The position numbers were made by a program, and so were the translations under genes. A model generated the notes under the pieces. The model searched no databases. It was not told the DNA's origin and worked only from the letters and a program-made list of their open reading frames with translations. A DNA stretch of 64,000 bases from the human T2T-CHM13v2.0 reference genome, Homo sapiens, in NCBI RefSeq assembly GCF_009914755.1, contig NC_060935.1; one strand, given 5' to 3'. Positions 25,371-39,354 of this stretch are shown here, in pieces. The first letter of the stretch is position 1. Every line of letters begins with the position of its first letter.

Positions 25371-26554
25371 ACATTCACTGATTCCTAGACGTATGTTATA
25401 CTCCATACCAACATGCTGCTCCCTGCCCTTCCTCTAGCTGGCTTCCAGTTCTCACTGGATGCTCAGTGGAGTGGAGGTAATGAACTAAATGGTTTCTCTC
25501 ACTCCAGTCAAGACCAAGGAGTCTTTGTTGTTGGGTTTTTTTTCTCTCAAGTCGTTTCCCAGGACTGATGTTACCCCAGGACTCCAGGGGGAAGGCCTGT
25601 CAGATGGCGTTTATTTATTTAATGAAAAGAACTTAATAATTTGGTTTTGTTTCCCTTTGGTTCTTTATTTTTCTTTCTACCCCCTTCTTCTTCCCTGGGC
25701 TTTGCAGGGCGGAAAATGGGTCAGCAGCTTGTCCAAAACATTCTTGAGTGTTTAATTCTTCAGCTGTTTTACAAGCCTGCCTGGTTTATGTAGCTAATCT
25801 CTCTTCTGTTTGTCCCTGGAGGAATGTGTGTATGTGTGTGTTGAGGGGTGAGCAAGGGGTAGGTGGCTGTGGCAGGGCCCTGTTTGGTGAAGAGAACTGA
25901 AAGTATAATACAGTGTGGAGCGCCTCCTCTGTCTGTTTATTCCTGGGTCTGGGTTTCTGTGTACACCCTCTGTGCTTTCTTGCTCAGTCTGGGGAACTTG
26001 GCAAGGAGGTTTGTCTCAAGGTTTGCTGTGAGGTTTGAAGACACTTTGAAAGGTGTGGAGAGACATGATTCCAGGGTTTGGTCATTTGTGGGCCTCCTTG
26101 TGTCCAGAAGAGTCTCATTTTATCCAAAGCAGATAGTAAGTAGCTACGTGCTCAGGAATGAGAGTTATTCCCAGGCTGCCTCTTTCGTCCTTGGGAGACA
26201 CTGACTACTATGGAATTGTCTGCTGACTGGAGTCTCCAGCTCCCTACTGCAGTTCTCCAGGAAGAACTGTAACCAGCTCAGACACAGCATTCTTCTTTAT
26301 TCCTTGGCCTAACAGTGGCCCTCTCCACCAGCCTATCCAGCTAAACATTTTCACTGGAACTCTTGATCGAGGTGCAATAGAATGGGTACAAAAGCAGGGG
26401 ACCAGGCCTTGGAATTCAGGAAAACATGAGTGGTGCAGGCCTGTTTGCCTCTATCAGAAAATAGGATGACTGTGAGTCTGAAGGCTCCCCAGTGTCTTGG
26501 ATTTTATCTTAGGAAAGTATGTAGATTCCTAATGGATTGAAACTGGTAACAGAG

Positions 26555-26990
26555 TAGCTTTCATGCTTCCTAGGTGCTAGGCACTGTGAAGGCTCATACA
26601 CATCACTTAAATTTATCAAAGCTTTATAGAAATGCATTGATCATGATCATCATCATGACTATTTACATTCTACAGATGAGGAAACCGAGGGCGTGAGGGT
26701 TAAATAATGTGTCCATGAAGGTTCCAAGTGCAGAGCTGCGGCTGGATTCCCTCGACCCCATGCTGCCGCACGGTGTGATTTTTACAGCATTCCCTCATAC
26801 ACTTGCGTATCGTATTCCCCACCACAAAAATGTCAGGTCAGGCTAGGTATGATTATCCCCTTTTGACAAGCGAGGAAACTGTGGCTAAGAAAGGTTAAGT
26901 GGCTTGGCCAGAGCCACAGAGCTAATTAGGATATGCAGACTTAGATCTTGGTCTCCTGATTCTTAGTCCAGACTTTCCCCTCCAAGCTGC
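26555..26990 (-). mobile_element. Two tandem MIRs
   Basis: CATTCTACAGATGAGGAAACCGAGG and ATTATCCCCTTTTGACAAGCGAGGAAACTGTGGCT...GGTTAAGTGGCTTGGCCA. Confidence 0.8.
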
Positions 26991-28119
26991 CGGCTCCTTC
27001 TCGTCACTGCTGTACTCAATCTTATTCTTGGGTCTGGTTTTCTGAAGGTTGGAAAGTTCCCCTGTTTTAATCTCCAATCTTAAAGTGTAACTTAAAGAGC
27101 CCCAGAGAAAACGAATCAACTGCTGCGCTTTCCATCAAGGCTACAAAGTCTACCCCAGAGTTAATTGGACAGTTATTGTATATAAAATGCTAGCCTGATT
27201 AAAAACATATTTATTGAAGATTAGCAAGTCTGTAATAGCCATAAATCTCCTTCTTGGTCATTCAAATTTTAAAATATGTTTCCAATAACAGTGCAATTAT
27301 TTATATCATAATTCTGGAGTGAAATAGAATTAAATGCATATTTGGAGAGTATGGATTTCAATCTGTATCCCTTACATAGAGAACCTGGGATTGTGGGATG
27401 GGACAACGGGAACAATGAAGGTCTCTTTAAATAAAGGGAGAGTGAGCAGGAGCATGAGGAAAGTCAGCAAGGCTCACCCCCTCCCACCGGAGCCCCAGTC
27501 CCGCCTGGGCCTCGGGTGTTTCCGTTGATTTTTCACACGGTGTTCACGCCAAGTATTTTCACTGCATTTCCAGATGTACCTAAAGTATTTCCTGGGCGAG
27601 AGTCAAAGCAGAAGAGGCAAAGTAGTCAGGGCCAGTCAACTGGGTCACAGCAAGCCGGCCTAGGTGGTTTTCCAACCCTTGCCTTGCCCAGCCAGCTCAC
27701 TGTGTCGCTATTGAAGTGATGTACATAAGAATAATTATGTAACGGTATCGTTTTTGTGGCAACAAGGTTTAACAACCTCTGTGGAATTGTTGGCATCTTA
27801 GTGACAGTTTTACTGTGGCTGTGATCTTAGAGAACATTATTTATCATACTGAGATGGAATTGATGGCAAAATGAGCTGTTCAACAGATGGTGCTCCCTGC
27901 AACAAATGTGACCACGTGGTTTTACTCACACACTCCCATATGCCAGGTCTTACATTATTTATTCGTTCATTTACACATTAAGAGAACATTTACTGAGTGC
28001 CAATTAATTGCCGACTCTGGGCAGGGATTATAAGTGGGTTAGAATAAGCCACACCTTGCTGGTATGATTGCGGGTATGGGGAAAAGCTCCGAACTGTTCC
28101 CATCTACTTCTTGTCTCAT

Positions 28120-28240
28120 GTATTCATTTACTCAACACATATTTATTGAACACTTGCTATGTGCTGGGAACTAGTCTAGATACCAGGCCTAGAACAGGAA
28201 ACAAAATAAAGTTCCTGCTCTCATGGAGCTCACATTCTTG
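28120..28240 (-). mobile_element. L2a 3' end
   Basis: ATATTTATTGAACACTTGCTATGTGCTGGG...CCTGCTCTCATGGAGCTCACATTCT. Confidence 0.8.
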
Positions 28241-28279
28241 ATGCTTGAAATTAGTTCACAGAGGAGTAAAATGTTGCAG

Positions 28280-30310
28280 TTGAACAATAAGAAATAAGAC
28301 TTAAAAAGGTATCCATGCTAAAAAGAAAAAAGTAAAACTAAATCTACTTGCAGATGACATGATCTAGTATACAGATAATCATAAGGTATCTACCCAAACC
28401 ATTAAAACTCATAATTGAGTTCAGCAAGGTTGCCAGATGCAAGATCAAAATATAAAAATCCATTATATTTTTATACACTAGCAATGAATGATCCAAAATG
28501 AAATTAAGAAAACGATTACATCTGCAACAGCAACAAGAAGAAAAAAAATACTTAGGAATAAATTTAACAAAATAAGTTTAAGTCTTGCACATTAAAAACT
28601 ATAAAAAATAGTTGAAATTAAACAATACTCTAAATAAATGGAAAGACAGTTTGTATTCCTGAATTGGAAAGCCTAATATTGCTAAGACGGCAATACCCCC
28701 CAAAGTGGTCTACAGATTCAATGCAATCCCTATCAAAATTCTAGCTGCCTTTTCTTTTCCTCTTTTGCAGAAATCAACAAGCTGTTCCTAAAAGTCATAT
28801 GGAAATGCAAGGGAAAAAGAAGGACAAAGGTGTAGGATTGACACTTCTAAATTTTAAAACCTGCTACAAGGGTACATTGATCAAGACTGTGTGATACTGC
28901 CATAAGAATAGATATGTAGATCAAAGGAATAGACTTCAGAGTCCAGAAAGAAACTTTTACATTTATGGTCAGTTGATTTTCAATAAGGATGCTAAGACAA
29001 TCAATGGGGAATGAATAGTCTTTTCAACAAATGGTGCTGAGGCAACCTGATATCCACACGTGAAAGAATGAATTTGGACCCATAACTTATACTTTATACA
29101 AAAATTAACTCAAAAGGGATCACAGGCCTAGATGTAAGAGCAAAAATGATAAAATTCTTAGAGAAAACATAGGCATTTTTGTGACCTTGTATTAGACAAT
29201 TGTTCCTTAGATATGGCACCAAAAGCGTAAGCAAGTAAAGACAAAAATTGGACCTCATCAAAATACAACCTTTCATGTTTCAAAAGACATTATCAAAAAA
29301 GTGAAAAGAGAGCCCACAGAATGGGAACATATATTTGCAAATCTTACATTGGATAAGGATCTAGTATCCAAAATATAAAAAAAGAACTCTTACAACTTAA
29401 TAATAAAAAGGCAAGTAGCTCAATTAAAAATGAGCAAAGGATTTGAATAGACATTACTCAAATTGGACACACAAATAGCCAATAAGCACAAAAAAGATGC
29501 ACAACATCCTTAGTTATTAGGGAAATGCAAATCAAAGCCACAGTGAGACATCACTTCGTTCCACTTGGATAGCTAAAAAGTCAGACAATCATAAGTGTGA
29601 CTGAGGGTGTAGAGAAATGGGAACCCTCATATCTTCCTGGTGGGGGTGCAAACAGGTACAGTCACTTTGGAGAACAGCTTGGCAGTTCCTTAAAAAGGGA
29701 AATATACAGTTACCATATGACCTGCAATTCCACTCCAAGGTATGTACCAAAGATAATTGAAGACAAGTGACTACATAAAAATGTGTACATAAATGTTCCT
29801 AGCAGCATTATTCATAATAGCCACAAAGTGAAACAAACCCAAATGTTTGTAAATTAATGAATGGATAAAGAAAATGTAGTATAACCATATAATGAAACAT
29901 TATTCAGCCATGACATAGGATGAAGTACTGATACATGCTACAACATAGGTAACCTTGAAAATGTGCTAATGAAGGAAGCCAGACGCGAAAGGTCACATAT
30001 TATACGATTCCGCTTATCTGAAATGGTCAGAACAGGTAAATTCATAGAGACAGAGTAAATACTTGGTTTTCAGCGGTTGTGGGAAGCAGGAGTTGGGAAA
30101 TCCCTGCTAATGGTACAGGGCTTCTTTTTTGAAGTGACGAAAATATTCTAGAATTAGATAGTGGGGATGGTTGTACAACTTTGTGAATACAGTGAAAACC
30201 ATTGAATGTTACACTTTAAAAGGGTAAATGTTATGTTATGGTAAAATTTAAGGGTTAAGCATAAATTGAATTCTAGTTCAATTTAAAAAGAATTAGAAAA
30301 AAATAAAATA
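28280..30310 (+). mobile_element. L1MB-type 5'-truncated L1 (ORF2 RT/C-terminal remnant + 3'UTR)
   Basis: GCAGATGACATGAT (ADDM, RT motif) at ~28350, TTCAACAAATGGTGCT, L1MB-like 3'UTR ending in an A-rich tail. Confidence 0.9.
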
Positions 30311-30354
30311 GAGTTGAGATGCAAATACCCCCAAGAGAAGTTATAAAGGGACTG

Positions 30355-30425
30355 ATATTTCACCTACTGCAGTATCTGATATGCAGTAGGTGCTCAACAT
30401 GTGTTTGTTGAGTAAATGAATAAAC
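30355..30425 (+). mobile_element. L2 3' end with perfected palindrome
   Basis: GTAGGTGCTCAACATGTGTTTGTTGAGTAAATGAAT tail; CACCTACTGCA / TGCAGTAGGTG arms. Confidence 0.75.
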
Positions 30426-31584
30426 AATTAAGTTATTTTCCCAGGAATCAGGTTCTGAAGAGGAAAGAAACAAAGAGCAAAGAGAAGCTTGAGGGAGCTC
30501 TTCACAATCCACAGGAAGGTGGGGGCATGGGGAGGGCTGAATAATGGTAACTAAGTTTTTTTTGCTTTTCCTGATTTTACCCAGGGCTGTCTCTGCATAG
30601 TCCTGATGTCTCTCTTCTCTGACCTGGTTTGGTTTTGGTCGGCAGAGTATACCTAGTGCCTGGAACCTAGTAAGCTCTCTGTGAAGACTTGTTTAATAAA
30701 TGAATGGTTAAAACCTCAACAACTCGTCTGAGACTCCTTGGTAATTTAGGGGGAGCTAAGGCTTGAGAAAAGGTACAGATCCTAGGTGGGACAGCCAGAT
30801 TTGCCATTTGAAACAGGGTCCTTGTATTGGACAGAAAAGTTGAGCCTCAAGTCCTCAGGCCATCTGCACAGCTATGTACAAGGCTAGGGCATGTCCCCTT
30901 CCTTGGCTCCTACCGCGTGGTCTGGAGTTAAGCCAAAGAGGGAAGAGGTATTCCTGCAGACACAGATGCTGCAGTTACCGGCAGACTTGTTCTGACCTAC
31001 TGGAGGGGAAGGCCTATGGGTTCAGTCCTGTCTCTAAGCAGTGTGGTTGATAAAGTCGACCAGGGATTACTGTGAGGTGCTTTGTGGGAGTGTTCAGAGT
31101 TAGCTAGGTATCTCGCTCAGTCAGCAGTACACACGTATTTATGTACGGTTTCATACGTGTGTCATTAACGAAATTTGTGTGTGGGAGAAGCATGCATTCA
31201 TTTATAATTCCTTACATACCTTTAAGGATGCCTTTAATAAATGTATTGGAATAATGTAAGAAGGACTAGACTTATTTTTTATCCTGCTTTGTCATTTAGC
31301 AAAGGTCTTTAGCCATGTTGCCTGACTTCTCCTGTAGAAGTTCAAAGTTTCATTTCTAGCCTTTGAATTTGTCTTTTTCCACATACTTGATGGAGAAGAT
31401 AAGGGGAAAGAAACATTAAAACTAAAGTCTTTCTTACAATTATTACTGAATAAAATCAATATGAAATGAAGATGAAGTCATCTTAAAAATCAAGGTCATA
31501 ATAATAATACAGATATTTTACTCTGCTGAAAACTAAGGCATACACAAGGCCAGAAAAATGGCACAAAAGAAAAGCCTTTAACTT

Positions 31585-31895
<311 letters not shown>

Positions 31896-32014
31896 TAATT
31901 TAACTAAAGAAGAGATGAACCACCTCGGTCTGCAATCACGTATCATGTGCAGTTTTAGTTTTTGTGCTTTTTGTTTCTCAAATTCTAAATGATGTGATAG
32001 TAGTTAACATTTTA

Positions 32015-32328
<314 letters not shown>

Positions 32329-32664
32329 TAGTTAACGCATTTTTGGTACTTTCCATATGTCAAGTGTTATGCTGATATTATATAATTTAATTTTCACAAC
32401 AGTCTTATAGGTAGTATAGTATTGTTTTCCTTTTATAGGCGATGAGACGGAGGCACAGAGAAGTTAAGTAACTTGCTCAAGGACAACAGTTAGCAGATGA
32501 CAGAGACGGAGTTCAAACCCAGGCTGTGTTCCCGGCACTCCTTTAGCTACTATACTTTACTGCCTGTTGTTTTATGATTCAAAGACGTGAATCCATGAAT
32601 TGAGCGTGTTGTCTGTGTGTCTCCCAAAACTACAGAGTAAGAAGTAGGGTAAGAGTAGGGAGTG

Positions 32665-32933
32665 GGCTGGGTGCGGTGGCTCATGCCTGTAATCCTAGCA
32701 CTTTGGGAGGTGAAGGTGGGCTGATGGCTTGAGCCCAGGAGTTTGAGACCAGCCTGAGTAACGTGGTGAAACCCTGTCTCTACAAAAATTACAAAAATTA
32801 CCTGGGCATGGTTGCACATGCCTGTAGTCCCAGCTCCTCAGGAGGCTGAGATGTTGAACCTGGGAGGTTGAGGCTGAAGCAGCATTCTAGCCTGGGCGAC
32901 AGAGTGAGACTCTGTCAAAAAAAAAAAAAAAAA
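32665..32933 (+). mobile_element. AluJ with right-arm deletions
   Basis: Intact left arm, shortened right arm, A17 tail, TSD GGAGTG. Confidence 0.9.
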
Positions 32934-32995
32934 GGAGTGGTTTATTGTAAATGGAGGTAGGACTAATTCTTGAACCATATTGTGGTTTTGCAGGA

Positions 32996-33031
32996 GGTGA
33001 GTCAGATGGCTTTTGGTGAGTCAGATGGCTT
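32996..33031 (+). repeat. 17-bp tandem duplication, each copy with an AP-1 site
   Basis: GGTGAGTCAGATGGCTT at 32996-33012 and 33015-33031. Confidence 0.95.
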
Positions 33032-33349
33032 AGTTAAGTTGACCCAGCTATTGGGATGGGTTGTGCAAAGCCCAGGCACAGGGTTCAGACTCCATCTTCT
33101 GTGTTCTTCTTAATTGACAAACTGCAATGGCTGTCTTCAGAGTCTTGGTTTTCTATGGTGGTCAACTCCTGAGTTCTTATGATGTCGCTGGGCACAGAAA
33201 AAATAAACGGAGAAGGTAAGGTAAGAAGGGAGTCCTTATAAAGGTGGAGCTGAAGGGTGTTTTAGGGGGACCACTCCATCTCTCTGTCTGTCATTCAAAG
33301 GCACAACTATGCCCAATGACTTGGAGTAGCAGGTCTGAGGGGCGTTTAG

Positions 33350-33718
<369 letters not shown>

Positions 33719-34397
33719 TAAATTCTCCCATGAGGTTTGTCTTTTCGTTTTATTGGAGGACGTTTTCTCATAAAGTCCCTTTCCAGGCCATCAGAACTCC
33801 CCAAACTCTTGGGAACTGCATTCCATCTGCATGCCTTGTGATTTCCTTCCCCCCAACCCCCACCAGTGTATCCTCTTCTCTCTCCTATTAGTAGTCAGGA
33901 TGGGCTTTGCACGACCCATCTCAATAGCGGGGTGAACTCTAAATAAGCCATCTGACTCCGTGTCAGTCTTTCTCTCTCTCTGTCCACCCTACACCAACTT
34001 ATGATCCCAAGAAACTTTGTTTTCCTAGGGCTGCCATTTTGAAAATGTTGCTTCCTACTCTAGGAACTGCTTTATGAGTAAGAGACACCTCTCCATTAGT
34101 CCATGAGGTTAATAATATAAATCTATAGAGAACTTAGGTACCATCCAGTTAAACCAGGCTCTTAACGTAAGGATTGTCTTTACAGTGTTTATGTCAAGCA
34201 GTCATCTAGTGGCTGGTTAAACATCTCCAGTGACATGGAACAGTCAGTTCAATTTTTAGACAATTCTGCTAGAACCCTTTTTGTTATAGCAGAAATGAGA
34301 TATCCATAGTGCCCACTAATGGGACAATGGGATGTGGATGTGTCTGTAAGAATGTGAAGGTCTTTTTATGGGTTTTCTCCATTATTCACCCCAATAG

Positions 34398-35024
<627 letters not shown>

Positions 35025-37239
35025 TATCCACTTTCTTTCTTGAGGCTACATGTTTTGTTCTTTCAATGAATGGTTCTTTATGTATCAACACCTCTCTTGA
35101 AGGATGATGCCTGGAAGTGAAGCAAGGAATGTTCTAGGTGTGGTCCAATGACATTAAGGACGTGGCTTCTGTGTTCTGTGTCCCAGTTATATATCCTAAC
35201 AATATGTTATGGTATTTGTTTGGTAGCTGCATCCCCATGTGAAACTTTCAGGAAATTAAATCTTTACATTTTTCTCCCTAACGCTGCTATTTAGACTTAT
35301 GATCTCAGATGCAATAATAAGCTGATGAGCAGAATGAGAATAGGACCTTCTTTCCTAGAGAAAGGCATTCTCTGTCTGAGTCATAACTGCTGTGCTCTCT
35401 GTGCAGGCACCTGGCTAGGAGAGTGAAGGCTTGAAGCCATGTGCTCTCATGTGATTGGCTGAATTACTTGGTCAAGAAACCAGAGTGGACCCTTAGCCAA
35501 GGTCAAGGGGCTGGCATAGCAGAGAAAAGGCAACGGCTTCATCAGATGGTTAGCAAGTTGAAAAATATGTATTTGCATTTGGGTTTGAAAATCAGGGTAA
35601 AATTTGTCAGAAGCCAGAGAAAAAATATACGGGTAGCCAGAGAACAAATACAGTGAGGAATGAGCAGAGCCCAGGGGCTGCAGTGCCATTTGTTGATACA
35701 AGGAAAAGAAAGTTAGACATAAATGTTTCCTCTCTGAGCTGATGTTGTTTAACCTGTGAGCATTTGGTGTACAACTTACAGATCTTGATACACCCTCATC
35801 CCTGAACTGAAGGCATCTGTTTGGCAATTAGAAGAAAGGTCTTAAGTATGCTTAGCTGGTATTACAGCACGCCACTGAGAAACTGCAGGGGAAAGAGAGA
35901 CGTGGCTGTGTTCCTGAGGCCCACTTCTTGAAGTTTCCTCAAAGGTGGGAGACGCTGATTTCTTCCCAGAATCCTCTGGGCATCCCTGTGGCCAGAGATT
36001 TAGGAACCTTGCTTGCCACAGACTCAAAGCAGGAAGGCCACCACTTCCTAACCCCAGGGAGGAGGCTCTCAGTTGCTAGTGAGAGTGGAACAGAGGCTGC
36101 AGGTTCACCTGAATTGGCCATAGAGGGGAAGGCATGGATGAGAGGGGAGAAGGGCTGGCGTCTTCCCTTCTCAGTGGTTCCCTCTCCTTCACTTGCCTCC
36201 TTCTGGTCTCCTCCTTGCCTCCTCCTGCTGTTGGAGTGGATGAGCTGGGGGCCCACACCAGGGCTTGGCACGGCGGGAGGAGGGCATGGAGTTTCTCTAG
36301 ACCTTGGCTTTAAGTAAGAGTGCTGACCAGGCTCTTAAACTGGGGATGTGGGCTAGTCCAGCTCACTAGAGTGGAGTCTTAGGTAATATTAAGGTAATGC
36401 ATTTGTCCTGAGAGCATCCCTGTTTAACCTAACCGGCCTTTGAGCATCTTAGCAGGGACAGTGCCTGGCAAGAGTCTCAATGATGTTTCCATGTCTCATT
36501 TTTATTGATAAAGTCTGGCTTCAGAACCATCTTTCAGGTCACCTGACCACTTGCTTTCCTAGCACAGTGGCTGGCATCTACTAGGCATTAAATAACCATG
36601 GGTTATTATCATAATTAAAAACTAGATCAGTTTTCTAAAATAGGGTTAACCATTCTCAAACGTTTTGAATCTGGAGGACCTAAAAGAATCTGGGGTCGCA
36701 TGAGTCACCAGTGAGGAACTGTATAGAAACTGATTTTGTTATTTTTGCTCCTGACAGATAGCTAAGCCCAGTGACTTCCTGAAAAACCCCACAGAGCGTT
36801 AGCAAAGGCCTTGGGAGAAGAACTAGGAACCCTGCCTCGTCCCTTGCTATGTTAGGCAGCAAACCCTGCTTTCCTTCGCCAGGAACAGCAACCCGACTGT
36901 GCTCCCTCTGCCAGAGTGGAGCTTCCCTGCAGAGTCAGGCAGGATGGGAACGGCAGATGTCAGCCAAATGGGGCTCTGTTTGAGTCACATCCTGGTAAAT
37001 GCGTGTCAGAAGCAGGTGAGCGATGTTAAATTTCACACAAACAACAATCCAGATGAAAGGTGAGAGCACAGCAGCCTTGAGCTTTGTCTTTGTGCCCAGA
37101 CCACTCTCTGCTGTGCAGAAAGAAAAGCCTCACGGAACTCTAGAACACCCGGGTCTGGAATTAGGGCGATGGGGACATGGGCATGCTCCTGTGAGTCCTG
37201 CTTCCACCGATGGTGAGACTTTGAGGCTCAAAAGAGTCA

Positions 37240-37625
<386 letters not shown>

Positions 37626-38559
37626 CAAAACAAAAAACAGCAGCCAAGGTGGATAGCAAAGTACAAAACATGCAACAGCAATGACAGTAGCAGCAATGAT
37701 TTGCACCCAGTTCTTAAGTGCAAGCAGCATAACGGGGAATTAAACAGCTCCCTGTCAAGGAAGGCTTGAGGAGAAGAAGGGCAAGCATGTGGAAGCCCCC
37801 TGTGAAGGCTCTCCCCATGCACACTTTCATCACTAGGGCCTTGCTCTGTGACTCTGACCTCTCTTCTTGCCCAGCATGGTCCCTGGGACCTAAGAGTCTG
37901 CCTTTCCTCACCAGAATACAGCCCCCCTCCAAGGCTGCAATTTTTCTCCAGGGGTCCTACCTGGGAGCTTAGCTGTCAACACCACCCTCTCAGATGCTCA
38001 CCGCCTATGGCATCCTGCACCACTAAAGCTTGGGCAAACATCTTGCGCTTTCCTTTTCCTTAGTTAAGAGTATGATATTTGCAAAGGAACTTTACTAAAA
38101 ACAAACAGGAATAGATGAAGAAATAATGACCCAAGTTACAAATTGCATAAGCAGAAAAGTAGCTCTACTATATTAAACACATAATCCTACATTCATCACA
38201 AAATTAAGTGCTTGACATACTCATTTTTAATTTTTGCAACACTCTGAAAGGACGTTGTTTTTGTGCTTCTTTGAGAATCAAGGGAGCTGTTGCTCAGAGG
38301 TCTTAGGTACACAGCAAAGCTAAACCAAGACTCGCACCCTGGCCTGACTGGCTCCAAAGTCTTTCTTTTTACCTCTGTACTGCTCCTAGGGTTCTCATTC
38401 AAAGGAGGTTCATAGAAACAGCAGAGAGCTTTAACAGATGCCACAGGCTCCGTGAGAACCATGCTCTACCCCTTGCTTGCAGACACATTTTAGGCCGTTT
38501 GCCTGCCTCTTTGTCTCTTAGCTCCTGCCTCATCAGTAAACTCGTGGGGGTAGGAGCTT

Positions 38560-38657
38560 TCCTGGCATTGCTCAACCCTGTACCCGTAACACCACAAACA
38601 GAGCTTGGCATATAGTAGGTGCTCATAAATATTTGTTGAATGGGTGAATGAATGATG
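38560..38657 (+). mobile_element. L2a 3' end
   Basis: GGCATATAGTAGGTGCTCATAAATATTTGTTGAATGGGTGAATGAATGA. Confidence 0.85.
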
Positions 38658-39037
38658 ACTGATCTCTCGGCGACATTACATTCTGCCCCAGCATTCACAG
38701 ACTTCTCTGCCCGTTTATCTTGTGCTGCTGTCCACAGACAGACGTCCACTTTCAATTGTAACTCAGTTTTCAGACCCCACAGCCTTCTTTTTTAATAATA
38801 GTTTCTGGGTGACTCTATTAGCTCTTAGTTAACTTATGAGCTCCACCAAATGAGCTAGTCCTTTCGTAGCCCAGGTTACCTTCTTGAACTCTCTCTAGAA
38901 CCACACAGACTACTGTTTACTTAGGTGAGTCATAACGGTGGTTGTGATCATGGTGATGATGAATAACTAACATTTGTGGGGCAGTTAAATATTCTAGGCA
39001 TCATCAAGTGAAGGACTATGCAGGCATCATTGCATTT

Positions 39038-39354
39038 CTTTGTTTGTTTTTGTTTTTTGAGACAGGGTCCCTGTCTGTCACCCAGGCTGGAGTGCAGTGA
39101 TGCCATATCAGCTCACTGCAGCTGCAACCTCCCAGGGTTAAGCAATCTTCCAGCCTCAGCCTCTTGAGTAGCTGGGACTACAGGCATGTGCCACCATGCC
39201 TGGCTAATTTTTAAATTTTTATTAGAGACGGTGTTTTGCCATGTTGTCCAGGCTTGTCTTGAACTCCTGGGCTCAAGCGATCTGCCCAGGAGATCATTAC
39301 CCCTTCAGCCTCGCAAAGTCCTGGGATTACAGGCATGAGCCACTGTGCCCGACC
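39038..39354 (-). mobile_element. AluJ inside a MIR (MIR ~38950-39450)
   Basis: TSD TCATTGCATTT (39027-39037 / 39358-39368); ~15-bp extra sequence in the left arm. Confidence 0.92.

Noticed and set aside
27880-27895. CTCF site
   Set aside because: Only about 11/14 match to the core, lacking key C positions; better read as an E-box.
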